Below are positions 17,957 through 27,120 of a stretch of 45,288 nucleotides of DNA, piece after piece. Position 1 is the stretch's first letter. The number at the start of each line of letters is the position of its first letter. This DNA comes from Methanotrichaceae archaeon (lineage in GTDB: Archaea > Halobacteriota > Methanosarcinia > Methanotrichales > Methanotrichaceae). The stretch spans positions 1 through 45,288 of the forward strand of contig CAVVKN010000015.1 in assembly GCA_963748825.1 (NCBI GenBank), given 5' to 3'. A program made the position numbers and the translations under genes. The notes under the pieces were generated by a model. The model was not told the origin of the DNA. It made no database searches and was given only the letters and a program-made list of their open reading frames with translations.

Positions 17957-20377
17957 TTGCCACAGTTACCTTCTCCAAAGGCGCTGGGAGATATGAATTT
18001 CATGCTGTCAGGCCCGGATCAGGACCTGAACGTGACGGAGAAGGGAGTGCCTCTGGGCGGTAATAGGTATCAGTACAAGTGGCAGGTTACTTTCGACGAT
18101 CGCCATATCAATAACAACTACACTTTAGCATTATCCTTTGTCCACCCAACGTTGGAAGGCGGCAGGTATGCCTTTGCGGACAAATTCATCAGAGTCTCAC
18201 CGCTTTCCGTGCAGTTTTCCCAGGGCCTTGTGTCCCCAACAACGGGCCTGTGGAATGAAAGCTACACATATTCCCTGAAGATCGATACTACTATCGTCCC
18301 TCTCGATGTCCGGCTCCAGACTTACGAACCCTGCAGCAGCGAATGGACGGATAAAGGTGCAAAGAAAGCGACGGCTGAATCATCATGGATCAACTGGACT
18401 CTTTCGCCCTTCAGCTATGAATGCAAAGAGATGCAGCAGCAGGGAGCCAAGTATCGTTTCAAGGCCAGCTTTGCTGGTAATGATTACATCTCAAAGCCCT
18501 ACGAGGGCCCAACCTTCGAAGGAGGCAAGCCCGTGCTCATCTCCCTGGACAGCGATCCCGTTGTCTATGTCTCTGAGGGCAGCGAATCTTCCAGCAGCAT
18601 TCAGGCTGTAGTGGAATATGGAGCTGGCCAGGGCCAGGCAACTCTCCGGCTGGAGGGGCCGGAAAAGAGCCTTGAGGATACAAGCCGGGGAGTTATTCTG
18701 GGCAGCAATAGATATCGATACGATTGGAGCCTGCCCTTCGAGGAGACAGACATAGGCAAGAGTTTCAATTACACTATCAGCTACAAGCACCCGAGCATTG
18801 CCACAGAGCTGCCGCTGGCTGAAAAAACGATTGCAGTTAAAGCAATATCAATCAACTTTGCCGATGCAACCGTGGCACCAGGCAAAGGCAAATGGAATGA
18901 TACCTATGTTTACTCGGTGCATGCGAGCAGCAGCGTTGAGATGAAGGTGGCACTGGAGGTCTACAATCCCTGCCGCTGGGAGTGGGTGGAGCGAGCCTCC
19001 GGCACGGCTTCGACAGGCGAGAGCCGGGTAAATCTCACGACCCAGCCCTTCCGTTATAAATGCGCCGATGCGGAAGGAAATGAGGCTAGCTACCGTTTTG
19101 TTGCCAGCTTTGCTGGAGAGAGAATTGAATCAAATATCTATTCTGGGCCCATGATCGGAGGAGGAAAACCGGAACTGGTATCGCTGGATTATGCACCGAT
19201 ACTATATGTGACTGAGTACGCCCCGGCCAATCAGGTGGTAAAGGCAATAGTGGACAGTCCTCTGGGGCCAGCTGCTGTGGCCTTGGGCATTAACGGCCCG
19301 GGGATGAACTTCACGCAGATGAACAGAGGTACCTTCCTGGGCGGGCAGAGGTACGCTTACACCTGGTCAATTCCCTTTGGCGTCGATAACGCTGGAAACC
19401 ATACCTTATCGCTGCGCTACCTGCATCCTGATGTCTCAGGTGGCGAGATCTCTTTCCCAGAGAAGAGCATGAGGGTTATGAAAGCAGAAGTAAAATATAA
19501 AGAAGAACAAATTAGATTTGATCAGGCATCTGTTACACCTGCTAACGGCTCGATCTTTACCGGATTTACTTATTGTGTAAATGTGCAGTCCGATCTGAAA
19601 AATTATGACGTGGAGCTTTTCACGCAGGAGCCTGGCTCGACCAAATGGATCTCTCAGGGTACTATTCCCCACAACGGCACATCCGAAGCCCTCTGCTGGC
19701 CGGAGGTTGTGATTGATGGATCGCATTATGGAATGGCAAAGTACAGATTTAGCAGCGGATTGTCAGCCTCGGAAATCTTCGAAGGCCCGAGCATTGAGCC
19801 GGTGAGCTTCATCAACGCCACAATAAGCCCCAGTCATGGGCCTCTTTACATAACTACTCCGCTCCTCGGTGAGATATCCCGGGTATATATGTACACGATT
19901 AATGTGCAGTTCATGAAGCCCCTGGCAGGCAACATGAAAGAGGTCCGGCTGGAGGTCTACGATCCGTCCTCTGAATCATGGCTCTATGCAGGCAGTCAGA
20001 CTTATGATGCCACCAAGACCAAGATTGTATTTAAGGTCAATTTCGCAGGTCTGCCATTCCAGGAGCCCTTCTTGGGAGAGACAAAGTACAGACTGCTGGC
20101 TTCTGGCGAGGATCTGGGTGAGTTTATTGGACCGACCATTGATGTGAATTTGAGAAATGAGCAAGCAATAGCACAGGGCAAGAATTACACCTATCAGCTT
20201 GAGGTGAGGTCAAGTCTGCCCAAGGTCAATGTTGCTCTGGCCTACACCAAGAACAATGTCAATTGGCTGCAAGGAGACAAGAGGACCTATGAATCCTCGA
20301 ACCAGGAATGGAAAGCCCTGAAGTGGGAGAAGTACCCCAAGCACTATGCTTACGAGTTTGAGGTGGATTATGCTTAA
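17957..20377 (+). CDS. Large secreted beta-rich repeat protein, C-terminal part (about 1,220 aa if joined)
   Basis: Alternating repeats of type A (GP...GVxLGxNRYxYxWxxxF...NxTxxxxYxHP) and type B (FxxAxVxPxxGxWNxxYxY...YxPCxxEW...PFxYxC...YRFxASFAG...YxGP). Confidence 0.75.
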   Translation: MPQLPSPKALGDMNFMLSGPDQDLNVTEKGVPLGGNRYQYKWQVTFDDRHINNNYTLALSFVHPTLEGGRYAFADKFIRVSPLSVQFSQGLVSPTTGLWNESYTYSLKIDTTIVPLDVRLQTYEPCSSEWTDKGAKKATAESSWINWTLSPFSYECKEMQQQGAKYRFKASFAGNDYISKPYEGPTFEGGKPVLISLDSDPVVYVSEGSESSSSIQAVVEYGAGQGQATLRLEGPEKSLEDTSRGVILGSNRYRYDWSLPFEETDIGKSFNYTISYKHPSIATELPLAEKTIAVKAISINFADATVAPGKGKWNDTYVYSVHASSSVEMKVALEVYNPCRWEWVERASGTASTGESRVNLTTQPFRYKCADAEGNEASYRFVASFAGERIESNIYSGPMIGGGKPELVSLDYAPILYVTEYAPANQVVKAIVDSPLGPAAVALGINGPGMNFTQMNRGTFLGGQRYAYTWSIPFGVDNAGNHTLSLRYLHPDVSGGEISFPEKSMRVMKAEVKYKEEQIRFDQASVTPANGSIFTGFTYCVNVQSDLKNYDVELFTQEPGSTKWISQGTIPHNGTSEALCWPEVVIDGSHYGMAKYRFSSGLSASEIFEGPSIEPVSFINATISPSHGPLYITTPLLGEISRVYMYTINVQFMKPLAGNMKEVRLEVYDPSSESWLYAGSQTYDATKTKIVFKVNFAGLPFQEPFLGETKYRLLASGEDLGEFIGPTIDVNLRNEQAIAQGKNYTYQLEVRSSLPKVNVALAYTKNNVNWLQGDKRTYESSNQEWKALKWEKYPKHYAYEFEVDYA

Positions 20378-21929
20378 AGGGCTGACTGCTGCTCTCCTGG
20401 CATTGTTGCTCATTGCAGGCATATCTCAAGCGGGAGAGGTTCTGGGCGGAGGCGATTCGAGCGGAGGGGGTGACAGTGGGACTCCTTCCGTCTCATCAGG
20501 TGGTGGCGGAGGCGGCAGCAAGCAGGTCAATATCGATAGTCTGCTAAAAACCATTCAGGATGGAAAGAAGAGCAAGCCTGCCAAGTTCGAGGAACTCCGG
20601 ACCTTATTGTGGAAGGATCCAATCACAAGCGAAGAATACCGAATGCCTACTGTGCTCATGTACTACAACGGAAACAATACCACAGTCAGTCGCAACCAGC
20701 CTCTGGAGATCATAACGGTTGCCACCAATAATAATCCCCTGGAGATGCGCCGCATGCTCGATCTTTATCTGGAGGTAAAGGAGCCTGGTTCGGATAAGTA
20801 CGAGCGCATCAACTCCTGGCCGGAGAAGATTCAGACCAACGAGTATGATGAGAATACCAATACAACCCATAGAATCTGGGGAATGCTGCCCTCCTTTTCC
20901 TACCTCAAGGGTGTGGGTGTAGTAAAGGTGCGGGCAAATGTGAGCGACGGTGTCAATAAATGGAGCACTGTCAGCTACTCCGGAATGAAGCCTCCCTATT
21001 ACGGCGAGTTGGTCTTCAATGTAACCAACAGCCTTCCGGTCATGAGCGACTTCGATGTAATCCCGGGGGGCCTCGTGAGGTATAACGATCCCATCGAGTA
21101 TAAGGCTAGTATTGCTGATGCAGATGGAGATTTGCTCAATGTAACACTGCACATCCTTGATGAGAATGGTGTTGAGCTGAAGAATGAAACACTGAACGTG
21201 AAGCCTGGTGCAGTCAGCTTCAAGGCTAACGAATATGGATTCTTCAAAGAGGCTGATGCAGGCAAGAACTTTACCTACTACTACAGTTATGATGATGGGA
21301 TTGATTTTATCAGCAAAGAACCTGCAGATGCGTTGAACGGACCCAATATCCGGAAAGGTCCAAAGCTCTCCGTGGATAAGCTGGGCTTTTCCTCTACCAG
21401 CGAGAATTACTACTGGTGGGAGAAGTACGGATTCAATCTGAGAGCAAAGAATCTGAACCCTGAAAAGTACGACGTAGCCTTTACTCTGAGCACCAGGACC
21501 GGCAAGAATGAATGGAATACAGTGGAGACGAAGACGGTCAGAATTGGACCAGATCCCGTCGAGGTGACCTTCAATAACACCAAACCTTTCCAGGTTACCG
21601 ACGCGGGCGAGACCTTTTATTACAGAGTTAAGTACTCGGAATATGATCAGAGCGGCAAGGATGCCATGGAGCAGACAGGAACTCACATCAATGCCAAGAT
21701 CGTGCCCTACAGCATCTACAATCCTGTAATGGTCATGAATTTAGTACCAATGCTCATCCTGATATTATTAGGAAGCTTTTTCATGGAAAGAAAGCTCAAA
21801 AAAGGAATTGAGGCTCATGAAAGCGCATTAGGTAAAAACGGGGACAGGAAGAACAATAAACAAGAACGCCGGGGCAAATCAGATGGAAGCTTTGCCGGCA
21901 AAGTTCTCAAAATGCTGAGGAGGGGCTAG
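20370..21929 (+). CDS. Secreted, C-terminally membrane-anchored surface protein
   Basis: GAGGTGG SD before ATG 20370, which overlaps the previous stop. Signal peptide MLKGLTAALLALLLIAGISQA, Gly/Ser linker, Ig-like beta domains, TM segment LVPMLILILLGSFFM and a basic cytoplasmic tail. Confidence 0.8.
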   Translation: MLKGLTAALLALLLIAGISQAGEVLGGGDSSGGGDSGTPSVSSGGGGGGSKQVNIDSLLKTIQDGKKSKPAKFEELRTLLWKDPITSEEYRMPTVLMYYNGNNTTVSRNQPLEIITVATNNNPLEMRRMLDLYLEVKEPGSDKYERINSWPEKIQTNEYDENTNTTHRIWGMLPSFSYLKGVGVVKVRANVSDGVNKWSTVSYSGMKPPYYGELVFNVTNSLPVMSDFDVIPGGLVRYNDPIEYKASIADADGDLLNVTLHILDENGVELKNETLNVKPGAVSFKANEYGFFKEADAGKNFTYYYSYDDGIDFISKEPADALNGPNIRKGPKLSVDKLGFSSTSENYYWWEKYGFNLRAKNLNPEKYDVAFTLSTRTGKNEWNTVETKTVRIGPDPVEVTFNNTKPFQVTDAGETFYYRVKYSEYDQSGKDAMEQTGTHINAKIVPYSIYNPVMVMNLVPMLILILLGSFFMERKLKKGIEAHESALGKNGDRKNNKQERRGKSDGSFAGKVLKMLRRG

Positions 21930-21931
21930 GA

Positions 21932-22576
21932 ATGCCCATAGATATCTCAACTGTAATGAATAGCCTATTTCCCGCAGGCACATTGCTCCTGGCATTATTG
22001 CTGATTTTTGCAGCAATTTTGCACGTCAATAACTTAAATAGGGTCCATAAGCTTATGGCCGTCCTGCAGCATAAAAAGGAAGTCTCTAAGGCAATTTTTT
22101 ACAAAGAGATGACGGTCTCGCAAGGCTCAAACTTCACAGCCCTGGCCCTGGCAGCGTGGATTATGCTCTTTGTAGCCGTTGCTTATCTTTACCTGCTGGT
22201 TCCAACCATCCTTCCCTTCAGCTACATGGATATAGCTGAATTGGCCTCCAGTACCTTGGGATTTGCCATTTTTGGCATTCTTGTGGCCTGTCTTGCGGGG
22301 GCAATATATCTCTTTCTCGACAAGCTTCCCCAAGATCATAGAGATTTAAGGCTAATGGAATTGTATAGCTTTTATTCCATATCCAAAACCATGAAGAAGA
22401 TGATCAGCATGACAGTTATTGCCTTATGCATCTCAGTATTGCTATCAGCCTATATCGGCACAATTTTTCCGGCTCATTCGCAGCCTGCCGAGCTTTTGAG
22501 CCTGATGCTTTTGGTTGTATCGGCCGGCGTACTTGTCATGCCGATTTATAAGGAAGCCTGGGAGGCGAGAAGATGA
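21932..22576 (+). CDS. Polytopic membrane protein (about 5 TM), unknown function
   Basis: Five hydrophobic stretches; 2-bp gap upstream and ATGA overlap downstream. Confidence 0.8.
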   Translation: MPIDISTVMNSLFPAGTLLLALLLIFAAILHVNNLNRVHKLMAVLQHKKEVSKAIFYKEMTVSQGSNFTALALAAWIMLFVAVAYLYLLVPTILPFSYMDIAELASSTLGFAIFGILVACLAGAIYLFLDKLPQDHRDLRLMELYSFYSISKTMKKMISMTVIALCISVLLSAYIGTIFPAHSQPAELLSLMLLVVSAGVLVMPIYKEAWEARR

Positions 22577-24252
22577 GACTGTGCATTGTCGGAATTGGTG
22601 GAGCTGGGGGCAAAATCACCCAGGAGTTTCTAGGAAACGAGGATCTGGATTTTCAGCTTCTCTCCCGCATAACTGATGCGCAATATATCTCTCCCGGCAT
22701 GATACAGGGCATTTGGCTTGAAGCCGATAAGAACGATGCTAAGAACATTCAGCATTTCTTCGGAGATCTGAATGAGGGGTGCTACCCCTGCTTTTACATT
22801 CCACATGATGTTGTAGCCGATGGCTGCGAGGTTCATAGAATAGTCCGGGAAAAATATGGTTACGACGTAAAGAAGCAGGGTTTTGTAAGAGACGCCCAAT
22901 ATCTCAAGGCCATATTTGAAATTTTTGATACGGATAAAGAGATCCAGGTAATCGTAGCCAAGACCATGAATAAAGAGATGATCGAATCGGTGGGAGGAAA
23001 TGGGGCCAATAGCAGCGCATCATTCAGCCAGGCTCCCAATCCAATCTTCGATAGCGCCTGGAATGTCATAAGAAACTTCACAACTCTAGGAGATGGAGAG
23101 TGCGACGGTATCCTCTTTGTGGTATCCTTTGGCGGGGGAACTGGAACCGGATTCATCAATCCGATCATCAATCATATCAGAAATGAAGGCAAGGCGGATT
23201 ACCCTGTTTTTGCCTTGGGCATATTGACTGAATTAGGCGATTACGCCGATAAGGCTCAGTTCTCAAAGGAGGGCAGAAGGAACCTGGCGGCAATAAGCGC
23301 CATTTACGATCTTCTTACTAAAGGCAGTGGAGCCAATGGAGTTATAATCATCGACAATCAGATCCTACTTGATAGATTTGGAAATGATTACCCTTCTGCT
23401 AACAGGTTCATTCATAAGATGATGCAGCCCATGGTGGCGGCGCGAGACTATCCCGATGAGATCCCGCCCAGCCAGGCTATAGCACAGCACTCATCCGGCG
23501 GCCTTTCCAGGCCACCTATATTTGTGCCACTCTTTGCCTCGCTGCCGAGGAGCACCAATCCCGAGGAGGCGCTTATCAAGAAAGCGCTGAGCGAAGAGGG
23601 AAAGCTCTTTGGCTGCTCGCCGGAACATGCGGATTTTGCCTTCGTCTTCTGTCGGGGTTTCATTGATTCCGAGAAGATAAGAGAGATTCTATCCAGGGAG
23701 ACGAGCATTCCGCCGGAAAGGATATGGCCGATGAGGAAGATGGGTGAGGGAAATAATGAGATCTTGATTCTGCTGAGAAATCCCTATGGCGGCGATCCCA
23801 AGGCCTACCTGAAGGAGGGTACGCTGGAAAATAGATTTTGCAAGGTGATCACTATGGCTTTGCAATACATAAGCCAGCATCCTGAAGATCTGTTTTATGA
23901 AGGAAAGCAAGAAGAAAAAAGCAAAAAAGATGGCAAACCGGCAGAGCAGGTCAGGCTGACAGAGGCCTCCAAGGAAGCTCTTAAGATGTTCTTCTTTGGG
24001 CCTGAGGGCATGGGCAAAGACGGTTTTGGCAAGACGAGCGGCTTTGCCTTTGAGCTGAAGGAGGCTAGAAAAAGGTTGAGGGATGGAGAGAAACCATTCT
24101 TCCGCAATCCTTTGAGGATATTCTATAAGGACGTCACGGTTGAGGGAGAAAATAAAAGCAAGGGCACCGAACCGAATAACGATGAGATTGCCAAAGCTGT
24201 TGACAAGAGGATTAAAGAGCTGATCAAACAGGGACTGATAAAGGGATCGTGA
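22573..24252 (+). CDS. Divergent tubulin/FtsZ-superfamily protein (CetZ-like) with insertions and C-terminal extension
   Basis: T1 loop IVGIGGAGGKI, tubulin signature SFGGGTGTG and IIIDN; no recognisable NxDxxD/E T7 loop. Confidence 0.88.
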   Translation: MRLCIVGIGGAGGKITQEFLGNEDLDFQLLSRITDAQYISPGMIQGIWLEADKNDAKNIQHFFGDLNEGCYPCFYIPHDVVADGCEVHRIVREKYGYDVKKQGFVRDAQYLKAIFEIFDTDKEIQVIVAKTMNKEMIESVGGNGANSSASFSQAPNPIFDSAWNVIRNFTTLGDGECDGILFVVSFGGGTGTGFINPIINHIRNEGKADYPVFALGILTELGDYADKAQFSKEGRRNLAAISAIYDLLTKGSGANGVIIIDNQILLDRFGNDYPSANRFIHKMMQPMVAARDYPDEIPPSQAIAQHSSGGLSRPPIFVPLFASLPRSTNPEEALIKKALSEEGKLFGCSPEHADFAFVFCRGFIDSEKIREILSRETSIPPERIWPMRKMGEGNNEILILLRNPYGGDPKAYLKEGTLENRFCKVITMALQYISQHPEDLFYEGKQEEKSKKDGKPAEQVRLTEASKEALKMFFFGPEGMGKDGFGKTSGFAFELKEARKRLRDGEKPFFRNPLRIFYKDVTVEGENKSKGTEPNNDEIAKAVDKRIKELIKQGLIKGS

Positions 24253-24564
24253 GGTATGGCGCACTACGGCGAGGCCGAAGTCGCAAGGAGTTGTCACCGG
24301 TCCGCCCATCATTTCTTCTTTTTTTCGAATATTTTCGCCCAAAAACAATAAATATGATCGTTACATCCTCGTTCATGTTAATGTTTCCATGCGGTGAATG
24401 CAAGTGGCCGATGGCAGGCGCGATTTTCCAGGTATTTTATCGATCTTCCGCCAAATCGAGCCAAACTGAATTCACAATGTCCTTAATGAGTTCTCTGGCT
24501 AGATAATGACAAGCTCTAAATATTTAGCCGATGAAAGAGCAGAAGATATTTCGGGGGTTAAATC

Positions 24565-25146
24565 ATGCAGAGTGAGTTCAAGAATTTCGCATTATTGGTA
24601 TTGGCGGCAATGGCGGCTTTCTCGATGGCAGCATTCGTAATGACAGACACCGCCCTTTGCGAGGATTGGAATAGCTACAGTCCGGAGCATGCCGTTGGCT
24701 CGGGAGATGACGACTGGTGGACGGCATATCCCGATCAGCATGAAAACTCAGGCATGGCGGTCGAACATCTTGACTGGGTTCTGAAAGCTCTCAAGGAGAA
24801 GCCTGTGCTCATCCTGATTCATAGCAGCAACTGCGTACCCTGTCTGATCCAGACGCCAAGAATTAAAGCGGCTGCGGAGAGCTTTAGCGGCGATCTCGAA
24901 TACTACGATATGCTGGCAGAAGGAAGCGGCTATGAAAAGGCAATTGGCGTCCTGGATGTCTATAATCCGGCCGGTGGAGCACAGTATGTTCCAACGACAA
25001 TCTTCATCACCCTCGCAAAGGGCCCGGATGGAACCGTTGATGTAGCCTGGCATAGTGAGATTGATGCCATGAGCCAGGAAAAGATCGATGCTTATGTAAA
25101 GGACTCCATCTACTACTACGAGCAGAATAGAGCTGCATGGATCTGA
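24565..25146 (+). CDS. Exported thioredoxin-fold protein
   Basis: Signal/anchor helix, KPVLILIHSSNCVPC (CxxC) and YVPT cis-Pro motif. Confidence 0.8.
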   Translation: MQSEFKNFALLVLAAMAAFSMAAFVMTDTALCEDWNSYSPEHAVGSGDDDWWTAYPDQHENSGMAVEHLDWVLKALKEKPVLILIHSSNCVPCLIQTPRIKAAAESFSGDLEYYDMLAEGSGYEKAIGVLDVYNPAGGAQYVPTTIFITLAKGPDGTVDVAWHSEIDAMSQEKIDAYVKDSIYYYEQNRAAWI

Positions 25147-26549
25147 GTGTGATATCAATAATTGCCAATACCTACAAAATTAAGCTGCAATCGGCAGCTT
25201 TGATCTTCCTTTTCGTCCTGGCTGCCGTTTCCCTCTTTTCCAGTCCTGTCTTTGCCAGCGACGCCATCCAGGCCCCGCAGTTCACTGCGGTAGGTGTGGA
25301 CGGTAAAAACTTCTCTCTTTCCGACTTTCAGGGCTCGCCCCTTATCTTGCATATCACCAACATCGAGATCCCTTTATGCGTTGAATGCGAAGAGTCCCTG
25401 AAAGGACAGGTAGAGGAGCTGGCAAAACTCAAGACCATGGACCCCGGTGTCCAGATAGCCACATTGAACCTTAGGAAGAATCCCTACTCTCGGGACGGCA
25501 AGTCACTGGCGGAGAAGTGGTGGAAGGTTAATATCACCTGGCCCTGGGCGGAGGATATAGAGCCTTACACTATCGCCAGCAAATACCTCGACTACTGGAA
25601 TGTAAGAGGCGGCTCCTCTAACCCGACACTCCTTCTCATCGACAAAGAGGGCAATATCGCCGGAGTCTATCACGTCTACCGGGTGGGCGAGGGCGTGTTA
25701 GACGGCGTGCAGAGTGCCGAGAAGCTTTACCAGAAGCTGCAAGATGTGGGCGGTTCATCGTGGAAGGGCCTGGAAGGAGAGGTCTTCAGGCAGGAGGTGT
25801 CGGCATTCGGCATGTTCTTGCTGGGCATACTGACATCGCTTGCCCCCTGCTCCATAGCTCTTATGATCGCCGTATTCTCCTATGTCATGACCATAAGGAA
25901 GAAGGATGAATATCTGAGAAAGAGCGTCTCTACCTCACGAGAGGGCTTCATGATAGGCATTGCTTTCACCTTGGGCATGGGCGTCGTCTTCTTTGTGCTG
26001 GGGCTGTTCATCTCTCAGGTGGGCCTGTTCATAAGAGACTCCAGGATCTTCGACCTGATGGCCGGCCTGATCATGATCCTTCTGGGAATCAGCAACATCA
26101 AGCCCCTGGATGAGATCTTAGAGCCCGTGACATCCCTAATTCGGCCCAATCGAGGAGAGTATTGTGAAACTAAGAAGGGCCTGCTGCAAAGGTCGGTGGA
26201 GACCTCCATTGCTCTATTCAAGCACTCCTCCTTCATTGGCGCTTTCACCCTGGGCATCTTCTTTGCCCTGGGCTGGGCACCCTGTGCCCTTTCCATGGTT
26301 TTGCCGGTATTGATCTGGCTGGCCTCGCAAAATATCACCCCCCTGGCAGGAGGCGTGATGCTCTTCATCTTCGGAATCGGGCATGGTGTGCCCATCATTC
26401 CCATTGCTACCTTCTCTCGAGCGGTGGGGGGACGGATCGGAGAGAAATATGTCTCCATTGGGGCCTGGACGACTAAATTCTTCGGGCTGCTGGTGATAGT
26501 GGTGGGTGTGGTTTATGCGGCGAGGTATGCTGGATTCTTGCTGTGGTGA
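25137..26549 (+). CDS. ccdA: Redoxin-domain + CcdA/DsbD-type transmembrane thiol-disulfide transporter fusion
   Basis: N-terminal APQF...FSLSDFQG...CVEC redoxin domain; C-terminal TM domain with LTSLAPC and LGWAPC. Confidence 0.82.
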   Translation: MDLSVISIIANTYKIKLQSAALIFLFVLAAVSLFSSPVFASDAIQAPQFTAVGVDGKNFSLSDFQGSPLILHITNIEIPLCVECEESLKGQVEELAKLKTMDPGVQIATLNLRKNPYSRDGKSLAEKWWKVNITWPWAEDIEPYTIASKYLDYWNVRGGSSNPTLLLIDKEGNIAGVYHVYRVGEGVLDGVQSAEKLYQKLQDVGGSSWKGLEGEVFRQEVSAFGMFLLGILTSLAPCSIALMIAVFSYVMTIRKKDEYLRKSVSTSREGFMIGIAFTLGMGVVFFVLGLFISQVGLFIRDSRIFDLMAGLIMILLGISNIKPLDEILEPVTSLIRPNRGEYCETKKGLLQRSVETSIALFKHSSFIGAFTLGIFFALGWAPCALSMVLPVLIWLASQNITPLAGGVMLFIFGIGHGVPIIPIATFSRAVGGRIGEKYVSIGAWTTKFFGLLVIVVGVVYAARYAGFLLW

Positions 26550-26635
26550 GAAAAAATGTCCTGGCAAATCGGAAGACTGCTTTGCTTTCCGCTCGGGCTT
26601 TAGCGCCCCCTGGATCTTGTAGCATAAGCCATGTT

Positions 26636-26698
26636 GGAAGCTGGCTGGGCCGAAGGCGACGGCAGGGAGCTGCCCGAAGGGCCCGGCCACAGGCATGA
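26636..26698. repeat. 63-bp GC-rich imperfect palindrome, copy 1
   Basis: 51/63 ungapped identity to 27121-27183 (counted by hand); arms TGGCTGGGCC / GGCCCGGCCA. Confidence 0.85.
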
Positions 26699-26705
26699 CG
26701 TGTTC

Positions 26706-27020
26706 CTATTTGCTTTCAGAGCTTCCCGCAACAATGCCCAGGCATCCGCTTGAATGCTGTTCAGCTTCTTTGTGATCGGTACTGTCGCCCTGCTGACATT
26801 GCTCTGAAATCCAACGCAAACAATCCCTTTTGTGATGAGCACCTGCAATAAACGGAAGCGCACCGCAGAACTTACAGGGGTATTTACGACTTAGTTCAGA
26901 TTCATAAGCCATCTGCGATTGATATCTACGACAATCTTCTTTGTGATGTGGCCCCTCTGAGATTGGCCAAACACCACAATACTTGCAAGAGTCATCATAT
27001 TGGAACGGATTCGCCTGCAT
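26706..27020 (-). CDS. Small protein with a duplicated CxxC...HH..C motif (putative metal-binding)
   Basis: CKYCGVWPISEGPHHKEDCRR and CKFCGALPFIAGAHHKRDCLR; more AT-rich than the flanking genes. Confidence 0.7.
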   Translation of the reverse strand: MQANPFQYDDSCKYCGVWPISEGPHHKEDCRRYQSQMAYESELSRKYPCKFCGALPFIAGAHHKRDCLRWISEQCQQGDSTDHKEAEQHSSGCLGIVAGSSESK

Positions 27021-27120
27021 TGAATTTCCTCCGATTGAAGTATTGCAATTTTCTTGATATAGATCTTTCTGTATGCTTAACTGTAGTCGATGGGTTGGTG
27101 AATATCAGATCTGAGAAATG

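Noticed and set aside
22573-24252. Canonical cell-division FtsZ
   Set aside because: Lacks the NTD, GAG.NP and NxDFAD motifs and the usual division-gene context.
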